Origin: Thermoplasmatota archaeon | Lineage (GTDB): Archaea > Thermoplasmatota > Penumbrarchaeia > Penumbrarchaeales > Penumbrarchaeaceae | Reading direction: 5' to 3' | DNA: 64,000 nt | NCBI GenBank assembly: GCA_025457865.1 | Contig: JALOTP010000001.1 | Coordinates: 14,616-78,615 of the forward strand | In this document: piece after piece, positions 39,001 to 46,154 of the stretch | Numbering within the stretch: the first letter of the stretch is position 1 | Layout of the letters: each line of letters opens with the position of its first letter | The notes under the pieces: generated by a model | Database searches by the model: none | Told to the model about the DNA's origin: nothing | What the model saw: the letters and a program-made list of their open reading frames with translations, nothing else | Made by a program: the position numbers and the translations under genes

Positions 39001-39722
39001 ACAAGGACGGGATAAACGAGCTCACCACGATCCCCGCACCGAGAGTACCCGAGTTCGGTGTCATGGGAGGATATGACTCCGATTCGGACCATATGCCTGA
39101 CGGCTGGGAGGTATGGGTCACGGACTTCATATCGAACCTCTCGGATATTTCCCAGTACGAGGATGCCGACGGCCTGCCAAGGGGCTGGGAAGAGCTTTAC
39201 AACGGTTCGATGTGGGACAAGCCTGCTTGCTATATCTATGAGGATGTGGGCAACAACAGCTGGGACCCCTGGAAGAACTCTGAGGGTATGAAGTCCCTTG
39301 GCCGGAGGGTATTCACACCCGCTGGCTTCAAGGATAACCTCGATTACTACAAGGGAAGGCTCTATGCGGACAGGAAGGACACGAACCTGAACGGTCTGAC
39401 GGACGATGCCGAGGACTACGATTCGGACGGTTCCAACAACAACAACGTCATCGAGTACAGGTATCATACTGACCCGACGGACAGGGACTCCTATCCAGGA
39501 GCGGCCGGAGGCAAGATACCCGCCCCCAAGCAGGGACCGGGGAGGTCCAATATCATGGACGAACCCGTTGAGGTGATAGACCCCATCCTTGTGACCGTTC
39601 CCATGGACTCCCCGGAGGTCATGGTCCAGATCGAGACCGTAAATGAGGTCCTCGCAAAGGTGGGCATCCTCATGACCAGTGAGCCCAGGTACGCTGTGAT
39701 GAACATAGAGAACAAGGCTTGA
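36090..39722 (+). CDS. N-terminally anchored protein with about 20 DxDxDG (TSP3-like) Ca-binding repeats
   Basis: N-terminal TM 'LLVVIGGMIVILLLGALAI'; repeated 'PxxxDTDGDGMxDGWE...DP'. Confidence 0.8.
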   Translation: MVSATGILEKMDKKKLLVVIGGMIVILLLGALAINAIAGPGVSEENLEDSGLWVNAPATPGGVKKSDSDVRQIGDSLVPWPDKLSDIEENYIYGTQYNQPDSDADGMEDGWEALYSRPNPITERLTIDPNVADWSENPDGDGFDLDNNGIIDKDETLFNLREYCGGARFNFTTMTFEENEPLFGGLDPKVDWQEIGMRGGFHIYDDPTDNAVGQPDTDLSDDYDRYNPYYPEVYKPVTTNPSLWDTDGDSMDDGWEVHYRRVFQTQFFDAKGTLVKEGTIDDLQEAFPTGQKRTLVVSSVISVDWADTLIDPLNPADANYDMDIRVGITMGDLGKRTEYIFYPDDLNNRQEYEFHTSPLLWDTDGDSHFNALTREFQLLHDKIEVSVTYTKSAVDWNNDGVLDYRTCPFLSDTDGDGMEDGWELQSGLDPLNSTDRFKDNDNDGLPNYLENAFPNKENLWFRTDPMNPDTDGDLVPDGWEAYNARIISRQPALNTNDDLIDRIPDSLRTVFTVTPMVPDAEEDNDGEWNITEGGAEVYIRVPDGMTNLEEYVGTKQYPVSTNPNEPDTDGDGIMDGEELKMGFFGELIGGTYFTDPEVARVYYTNATLADSDNDAGGSLVLLQVGNRSRRLDDWEETRGRTKFILENNGLDDDGDGFTDEEEGEYLFFEPTNATNPDTDLDGWMDVDELFGIDTTILWERSKMGIIKTSPNKRDTDNDQMSDYDELIRIPNYREWITDPNDPDTDNDGMEDGLENEVDFFPLTDWDRRDNYDANGDGDFSDTELGDIYSTKDRTNPTKYDTDGDRLPDGWEYRWGKVVKGDDTKAMILEYDRAHNTNYWNQLPKNGFFWIINPLVSADVFEDPDHDGLNNYQEYENGTNPLKWDTDNDGMPDGWELKDEIRGSPIYNPETKKYVYILNPLDGTDWALDADHDGFVYSIWTPLNQQKSDFELVKYYFPFINLYEYQMGIDANKDGINELTTIPAPRVPEFGVMGGYDSDSDHMPDGWEVWVTDFISNLSDISQYEDADGLPRGWEELYNGSMWDKPACYIYEDVGNNSWDPWKNSEGMKSLGRRVFTPAGFKDNLDYYKGRLYADRKDTNLNGLTDDAEDYDSDGSNNNNVIEYRYHTDPTDRDSYPGAAGGKIPAPKQGPGRSNIMDEPVEVIDPILVTVPMDSPEVMVQIETVNEVLAKVGILMTSEPRYAVMNIENKA

Positions 39723-39740
39723 GATCGATCAAGCCAGTGA

Positions 39741-39775
39741 AGGGAGGGGTCCGGCAGGACCTCTCCTTCCTTTCT
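39741..39775 (+). terminator. GC hairpin with GGCA loop followed by a pyrimidine tract
   Basis: GGAGGGGTCC-GGCA-GGACCTCTCC then TTCCTTTCT, 19 nt after the stop codon. Confidence 0.55.
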
Positions 39776-39795
39776 AAAGTTATTTAATCGAAGCG

Positions 39796-40569
39796 TTGCA
39801 TTCCAGTTCGATGTTGACCGAGCTCCTGAACCTGTTCTTCTGGTCGGCGGTCCTTTTCCTTATGAGCTTCCTCCTTGACAGGATGTGGTCATACTCCCTG
39901 GCAAGATGGCTGTACATCATCTTCGCAGCTCCCGGTATAATCGTCCACGAGCTCAGCCATCTGGCCGCATGCCTGCTCACCGGTGCGAAGGTCAGCCGTG
40001 TAGTACTGATATCCAAGGAGGGCGGCTCGGTCACGCACGGCCGACCGAAATGGGGGATCCTTGGCCAGACGATCGTTTCCATGGCGCCTTTCCTAGGCAT
40101 CCCCATTCTCCTTGTGCTCGTTGGCCTCGTATTCGACATAGTATCGTTCCTCAACTGCGACATGACCTGGGGGCATAGGCCATCCTGGGATGTGGGGAGC
40201 ATGCTCCTTGGGACCTTTGGTAGTGCGTTCGATCTCATTTGGAAGAACCTTGTCGGGAACAGGTCCCTTTGGTTCCTCATCTACCTCTACCTTGCCGCCT
40301 CCCTGACCGTCGCCCTTGCCCCGTCCAAGCAGGACCTGAAGAACAGCTGGCTCGGGCTTGCTCTGCTCCTAATATCATTGGCAATATGGGCAGTGTTGAA
40401 CGATCATCTTCTCTCGGGAATGGGCTGGACCGCCCCGGCGACAGATTTCATGATGGGCCTTTTGGGGTGGATAGTCGCCCTGGGTCTGGTCATGTCGCTC
40501 TTAGGCCTACTGTTAGGGCTTCCGCTGTTCATTCTGAAGATGGTACTTGACAGGAAGGGCCTCTCATAG
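39796..40569 (+). CDS. Membrane Zn metalloprotease, M50/M50B-like
   Basis: HExxH motif 'HELSH' in a TM, 'SMAPF', 'APSKQD', multiple TMs; overlaps the glyS stop convergently. Confidence 0.75.
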   Translation: MHSSSMLTELLNLFFWSAVLFLMSFLLDRMWSYSLARWLYIIFAAPGIIVHELSHLAACLLTGAKVSRVVLISKEGGSVTHGRPKWGILGQTIVSMAPFLGIPILLVLVGLVFDIVSFLNCDMTWGHRPSWDVGSMLLGTFGSAFDLIWKNLVGNRSLWFLIYLYLAASLTVALAPSKQDLKNSWLGLALLLISLAIWAVLNDHLLSGMGWTAPATDFMMGLLGWIVALGLVMSLLGLLLGLPLFILKMVLDRKGLS

Positions 40570-42351
40570 GTCCGAGAAAGCTGTTGAGCACTGGACAAGG
40601 TCCAGGACCTTGCGGGCTGCGTCGGATGACCGCAACCTCCTCTGCTCACCGGTGTCCCGGTCCCTTATGGTCACGGTCCCGTCCTCGAGGGTTCTATGGT
40701 CAACGGTGAGGGCGAAGGGGGTCCCGACCTCATCCATCCTGGCATACCGCCTGCCTATGGACCCTGAGGGATCATAATGGACGGCCAGCCCCGCCGATCT
40801 GAGCTCGGAGGATAACTTGAGCGCCAGCTCGGGCAAATTGTCCTTGGGGAGGAGCGGGAAGACACCGCACTTGATAGGTGCTACCGATGGCAGGAACCTC
40901 ATCACCCTGTAGGGGCCACCGTCCCCGTCCTCATCCTTATCAGATTCCTTCATAGGTGAGGAGGCGGTCTCAACGTAGGAATGTTCTAGGACAGCTACCA
41001 TAAGCCGGTCTATACCGAAGGATGGTTCCACGACATGGGGTGTGTAGCGTTCACCTTGCACGGTCTCCGTGACGGTTTCGAACGAAAAAGCCGATGCGGG
41101 GACGTTCACGGAGCTGCCGTCCTTCAGGACCAGCTGTATGGTCCCTGATGAACGCATCCGCTCAAGCTCCGCTGATCCGGTCCCGCAGAGCAATTCGTCC
41201 ACTTCCTTGGCCCTGGCCTTGAAAAGAGGGCCAAGGACCTTCTTGTCGGTCCGTACCTTGACGGCCTCCTTTGTCCTGGGGGTGGTGAACCTCCTGAGGG
41301 CCGTTAGGTCGCATCCGGACCCTCTGGCGTGCTGGGACAGGTCATAGGCCGACCTGTCGGCTATTCCGACCATCTCGACCCATCCTGAGGAGGTGAGCAC
41401 CTCCAGGTCCCAGCAGTCATTCGCATAATGGGCCATCTCCTTCCTACCGTGCTGGCGGAACCTCATAGCGGCTCTGGGTATACCTATGGACAGAACGAAA
41501 CGGTGCGTGACCCCCATGAAATGGGCAAGGACCTCCGAACAGATGATGCCATCCTCGACCGCCCTGCCGAGGGGCATTTCGACGGTCCTCTCTGGGTCAG
41601 AGGCCATTAGGAGCGGGACGGACCTGTCCCTATTGGTGGAGAACGGTGGGAACGTTCTCTCGAGGGGGTCGAAGAAGAACTCCCCTTCGGCCATGTGGAA
41701 CTCCCGCTGTCTGAGGAGCCCCTGTCTGGGCGAGATCTCGTTCCTGTATCCCTTTCCGAGCTGTGCGACGCCGAAGGGGACCCTCTCCCGGTTCGACCTG
41801 TAGAGCATGGAGAAGTCCATGAATATCGATTGTGCCGTCTCAGGCCGTAGATATGCAGGACGGTCGGTCCCGGGCCCTATATGGGTCTTGAACATGAGGT
41901 TGAACTCCTCCACCGGCCCTAGTGTCCCTCCGCACGATGGGCACCTCACATCCTTTTCGGTCAGGTAGGTCCCCATGACCTCGGCTGTCAGGTCGACCGC
42001 ATCGATACCTGCATCCGAGAGAAGATGGTCAGCCCTGAACGGAGCGGAGCAGGAAACGCACCTTGTCATGATATCTGAGAACTTCTCGAGGTGCCCCGAG
42101 GACCTGAAGACCGTTTCGGGCGATATCGATGGGCAGTCCACCTGCATGAAACCTTCCTCCACGAGGAAGGTCCTCTTCCAGGCCGATTCTATATTGTCCT
42201 TCAGAACGGAGCCAAGGGGTCCAAGGTCGTAGAAACCGGCGACCCCTCCGTAGATCTCGAACGAAGGCCAGACGAACCCCCTTCTCTTAAGAAGGGCGTA
42301 GAGCTCCTGCTGTTTCCTCCTGTCCCATTCCGCAGCTTGAGCTCCTTCCAT
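40564..42351 (-). CDS. glyS: Glycine--tRNA ligase (alpha2 type)
   Basis: 'IYGGVAGFYDLGPLG', 'YLRPETAQ', 'RNEISPRQGLLRQREF', 'VVEPSFGIDR', anticodon-binding 'SIGRRYARMDEVG'. Confidence 0.97.
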   Translation of the reverse strand: MEGAQAAEWDRRKQQELYALLKRRGFVWPSFEIYGGVAGFYDLGPLGSVLKDNIESAWKRTFLVEEGFMQVDCPSISPETVFRSSGHLEKFSDIMTRCVSCSAPFRADHLLSDAGIDAVDLTAEVMGTYLTEKDVRCPSCGGTLGPVEEFNLMFKTHIGPGTDRPAYLRPETAQSIFMDFSMLYRSNRERVPFGVAQLGKGYRNEISPRQGLLRQREFHMAEGEFFFDPLERTFPPFSTNRDRSVPLLMASDPERTVEMPLGRAVEDGIICSEVLAHFMGVTHRFVLSIGIPRAAMRFRQHGRKEMAHYANDCWDLEVLTSSGWVEMVGIADRSAYDLSQHARGSGCDLTALRRFTTPRTKEAVKVRTDKKVLGPLFKARAKEVDELLCGTGSAELERMRSSGTIQLVLKDGSSVNVPASAFSFETVTETVQGERYTPHVVEPSFGIDRLMVAVLEHSYVETASSPMKESDKDEDGDGGPYRVMRFLPSVAPIKCGVFPLLPKDNLPELALKLSSELRSAGLAVHYDPSGSIGRRYARMDEVGTPFALTVDHRTLEDGTVTIRDRDTGEQRRLRSSDAARKVLDLVQCSTAFSDL

Positions 42352-42374
42352 TCACCGCCCCCAGGGAAAGTGGT

Positions 42375-42569
42375 TCATTTTTCCGCAATGGCCGTCATTA
42401 TCCCTTCCTTCTTCGACATGAGGTTCCTCTTCCTCCTGTCGTGGGAGCATCCCTCGCATCCGATCAAGTCCTTATCCTTGCATTTCGCGCAAACCTTGTT
42501 GACCTCATCGATCAGGTGGTTGACGCTGGTCTTCTGTGCTTTCAGGGTATCCATGTTCTGTGTCTGCAT
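42375..42569 (-). CDS. Small CxxC-x7-CxxC protein (putative Zn-binding micro-protein)
   Basis: 'CAKCKDKDLIGCEGC'; fills the trm56-glyS gap on the same strand; GGGTG SD-like sequence upstream. Confidence 0.45.
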   Translation of the reverse strand: MQTQNMDTLKAQKTSVNHLIDEVNKVCAKCKDKDLIGCEGCSHDRRKRNLMSKKEGIMTAIAEK

Positions 42570-42626
42570 CGATGCACCCGGCCATGGAAGGCCGTATGTG
42601 ATAGATAATCTTTAGGAACGCAAAGC

Positions 42627-43787
42627 TTAGGGTAGGATCGTCCTTCGCTCGGTCCCTTCGGGGACCAGGAGGTCGATATCGATACCGAGGCGTTCCTCCA
42701 GTTCCAGATGGAGCGCCACCATCCTTTCAGCAGCTGCAAGGGCCCCCTTTTCCACCAGTTTTTCTACCGACCTCTTGAGGGGATGCCTGCCCTTGCTGCC
42801 AACAAGGTTGTCGCTATGGCATACGAGCTTCTCCTCCAGGGTCCGGGGGAGGAAATCCTCATCGGGGAGACCAAGGGCCACCGCCTCATGTCTGGGGACG
42901 CCTGCCCCTATGTGATTATGGACCATATCCACAAGCCTGGGGTCCAGAGAGAGTCTTCTGGCTATGACGGTCCCTTGGACCACATGCCTTATGGAATGGG
43001 TCCTGGACCGACCTATGTCATGGAGCAGCAGCCCTGCCTCGATCAGGGGCAGGTCCAAACCCAAAGGTTCGAACCTATCGGCCTTCATGGATGCTTTGAC
43101 CATAACCATCCCCATGCGGTGGACCGCCCTGCAATGCTCTATCACAGCTCTGGAACAACCGACCTCGGCGAGCAGTTCGATGCAATCCCTCGGGTCAGGC
43201 ACAGGAGGCCATTTCCTCGAGAATGGCCCATTTGTGGGGACTGACCGTACATCTCCCGTGTTACGGACCTGCTTGCCCCTAGCCGTTGGAACGACCTCCA
43301 TCATACCTCCCATGTCCCTGGCGCATAGCTCCCTTCCTTCGAAGAGGCGGTCAAGGAACAGGGCAAGGGCCGACACCTCCGAATGGGGCTGGTTCGTGAC
43401 TCCCACATTGAAATGGGCGAGGTCATATATCTCGGCCGGTACCTTCTCGGAACCAACAACGACAAGCAGCTTCTCGTCCTTGGGTATCTCCGTGATGGCA
43501 TCCTGCAGGGGTCTACCGTACATTGTCAGGTGGACTATAGTACCGTCCCATCTTTCCAAGAGCTTCCTGGCCTTGACCCCGGTATGGACCTCGAACCCCC
43601 CTCCGAAGGAGCCCGACATCTTTTCAATGGTGCCTTCGAGGACGGGGTCCGCATTATCTATATGGATGGCACTGGCGAGAAAGGCCCTTGCTACCAGAGC
43701 GACATGGGTTGTGACCCTCTTGTCCCTTAACGGTCTGTGGCCGAGCCGTAGGACCTCAACATGCGGGACGACCGCAACATCCGACAT
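42627..43787 (-). CDS. trm56: tRNA (cytidine56-2'-O)-methyltransferase fused to an HD domain
   Basis: 'LRLGHRPLRDKRVTTHVALVARAF', 'HLTMYG', 'NQPHSEVSALA'; C-terminal 'LLHDIGRS...HNHIGAG...HSDNL'. Confidence 0.93.
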   Translation of the reverse strand: MSDVAVVPHVEVLRLGHRPLRDKRVTTHVALVARAFLASAIHIDNADPVLEGTIEKMSGSFGGGFEVHTGVKARKLLERWDGTIVHLTMYGRPLQDAITEIPKDEKLLVVVGSEKVPAEIYDLAHFNVGVTNQPHSEVSALALFLDRLFEGRELCARDMGGMMEVVPTARGKQVRNTGDVRSVPTNGPFSRKWPPVPDPRDCIELLAEVGCSRAVIEHCRAVHRMGMVMVKASMKADRFEPLGLDLPLIEAGLLLHDIGRSRTHSIRHVVQGTVIARRLSLDPRLVDMVHNHIGAGVPRHEAVALGLPDEDFLPRTLEEKLVCHSDNLVGSKGRHPLKRSVEKLVEKGALAAAERMVALHLELEERLGIDIDLLVPEGTERRTILP

Positions 43788-43801
43788 CGGACCACCCAAT
43801 A

Positions 43802-44305
43802 TCATTGGTCCTGCTTTATGCGTTCGATCCTGTGGCCCTTATAAGCAAGCCTGCCCGACCGCTTGACCAGGCTCTTCAACATGGTCGGAGTGAGCTCCAG
43901 TTCCTTAAGGAAATCACCAGAGAAGGTCCCCTCGTCCTCCACCATATGATAGACCTTCTCTTCCAGGTCGATGTACTTCTTCTCGTCCATCGCCGCAATG
44001 TAGAGGACATCCGATATCTCCGTGATGGAGCAGGAAGTGTTTATGTGGATCGATACATAGTAGGTGTGATAGATCTTCTCCTTGTTGAGCTGGGCATCTA
44101 TCTGCCAAGAGCTCTCGACCAGATGCATCTTCTCAAAGAAATCCAGGGCTTCCACACCCTCATCGCCGTACCTTTCCTCGACCGAGCGCTTTGAGACCCA
44201 TCCGTTGGCAGCCTCCTGGAAAACGGACTTCTTAATGGGTGAATCCATTGCCCTTAGAAGGGATACCATATCGGTCGGGTCATTGATGACCTTGATGCGT
44301 TTCAT
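43802..44305 (-). CDS. Conserved archaeal ArsR-like wHTH protein (COG4860-type)
   Basis: 'KVINDPTDMVSLL', 'LVESSWQ...YHTYY...IN', 'LKSLVKRS'; divergent from dnaG. Confidence 0.7.
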   Translation of the reverse strand: MKRIKVINDPTDMVSLLRAMDSPIKKSVFQEAANGWVSKRSVEERYGDEGVEALDFFEKMHLVESSWQIDAQLNKEKIYHTYYVSIHINTSCSITEISDVLYIAAMDEKKYIDLEEKVYHMVEDEGTFSGDFLKELELTPTMLKSLVKRSGRLAYKGHRIERIKQDQ

Positions 44306-44698
44306 ATACCAGGCCCTATAAAAGTTGTGGATATAATAAGGTTCTCACTTGGAGGGACGGTCCAAGGTGATTATGGAACCCTTTGGAAGTTGATGGGCAA
44401 TTACAGCTCGTCACGGTCATTTCAGGGCCACAAAGGGCCCTTAAAGGCCAATATTTAAATACAAAATCCTTCATGGGACACCGAAAAGGCAGCCTATATC
44501 CCACAGAGGCCGGTTCGGACCGGTAATGGCTCAGATTCACGATCATCTATTGCTTGCCCCTAACGGGGCCCATGGGACCAAAGGGGTCCTCTGAGTGTAG
44601 GTAGGTAGGAAGTGGGTCATCGGTCCCTTGAGCGGATGGATAGCACCTTTTCTATGCCCGATGATTCGGGAGCAATAGGAAAAAAGAAGGTGAGATGA

Positions 44699-46120
44699 AT
44701 GAACCTGGATCCAGCTACAACGAAATATCTGATAGAAGCGAAGCTCTCTGCCGACGGTATCGTGGAGAAACCCGATGTCGTGGGAGCCATCTTCGGACAG
44801 ACCGAAGGGCTCCTGGGCGATGAGCTGGACCTCCGCGACCTCCAGAAGACAGGGAGGATGGGTAGGATAGAGGTGGACATCTCCTCAAAGAAGGGGAAAT
44901 CAGAGGGAACGGTCCTCATACCATCAAGCCTCGATCAGGTGGAGACCGCCATCCTTGCTGCCTCCCTTGAGACCATAGACAGGATAGGTCCGTGCAGGGC
45001 GAAGGTATCCATCGAGAAGATAGAGGATGTGAGGATAACCAAGAAGCAGAAGATCATAGACAGGGCCAAGGAGCTGCTCACCAACATGCTGAGCCAGAGC
45101 AAGATATCTGGTCTTGACCTGTCCGATTCGGTCAGACAGGCAGTACAGGTCGATGAGGTCGCTCTCTACGGGGAGGACAAATGTCCGGCCGGTCCGAACA
45201 TAGACACCTCCGATGCCATAATCCTCGTCGAAGGCCGCTCGGACGTGATAAACCTGCTGAAGTACGGGATAAAGAACGTAATAGCCGTGGGCGGGACCAA
45301 CATCTCCCCCACGATCCAGAAGGTGACAGGCGAGAAGGTCGTTACAGCCTTCGTTGACGGCGACCGCGGCGGGGACCTGATACTCAAGGAGCTCTTCCAG
45401 ATAGCCGAGGTCGATTTCGTGTCAAAGGCCCCAAAATCCCTCGAGGTCGAGGAGCTCACCCAGAAACAGATAATCAAGGCCTTGAGGAACAAGGTACCCG
45501 TGGAGCAGTACATGGAGATGAACGACATAGGGGCCGAGTTCAAGGACAGACCAGACAGCGGTCCTAACGATAAGAAGAACGGTGAGGGCAAGAACTGGCA
45601 GGAGAGAAGGAATGAGAGACGGGAGATGCTCAGGGAGAAGTTCGAGAAGAACAGGCAGCCCAGGCCTCCCAGGGGCCCCGATGCCCCGGACAGGACCGAG
45701 GAACCCAGACCGGCCGTCATTGAGCAGGCTCCCCAGGCTAGCACCGAGGGCGAAGCATCTCATGACGAAACTGCTATGGAAGAGGCCCAGGCACCTCAAA
45801 GGACCGTTCCTACTGCCATGAGCACGGAAGTTACCAGGTACAGGGATATATTGAAGACACTTTCCGGGACTCTCAGGGCTATGCTGATAAATCCCAGCGG
45901 AGAGGTTGTCCAGGAGATAGCCGTCAGACAGCTTGCGGACACGCTCAGGACACCACCTGCGCCCATACACGCTGTGGTCTTCGACGGAATAATATCACAG
46001 AGGCTCCTGGACATCGCCGGGGAGCAGAGCATCAGGTTCCTCGTCGGCTCCAAGAAAGGCAACCTGACTAACGAGCCCGAGGGAGTGACGGTCCTCTCGA
46101 AGCTGGACCTTGATAACTGA
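44699..46120 (+). CDS. dnaG: Archaeal DnaG-like protein (TOPRIM; exosome-associated)
   Basis: 'GIVEKPDVVGAIFGQTEGLLG', 'IILVEGRSDVINL', 'AFVDGDRGG'. Confidence 0.96.
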   Translation: MNLDPATTKYLIEAKLSADGIVEKPDVVGAIFGQTEGLLGDELDLRDLQKTGRMGRIEVDISSKKGKSEGTVLIPSSLDQVETAILAASLETIDRIGPCRAKVSIEKIEDVRITKKQKIIDRAKELLTNMLSQSKISGLDLSDSVRQAVQVDEVALYGEDKCPAGPNIDTSDAIILVEGRSDVINLLKYGIKNVIAVGGTNISPTIQKVTGEKVVTAFVDGDRGGDLILKELFQIAEVDFVSKAPKSLEVEELTQKQIIKALRNKVPVEQYMEMNDIGAEFKDRPDSGPNDKKNGEGKNWQERRNERREMLREKFEKNRQPRPPRGPDAPDRTEEPRPAVIEQAPQASTEGEASHDETAMEEAQAPQRTVPTAMSTEVTRYRDILKTLSGTLRAMLINPSGEVVQEIAVRQLADTLRTPPAPIHAVVFDGIISQRLLDIAGEQSIRFLVGSKKGNLTNEPEGVTVLSKLDLDN

Positions 46121-46154
46121 CGGTGTGAACGGATATTCCACAGGAAGGATAAAG

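Noticed and set aside
42964-43866. 300-aa plus-strand ORF
   Set aside because: Antisense to trm56-HD; Ser/Thr-rich shadow translation.
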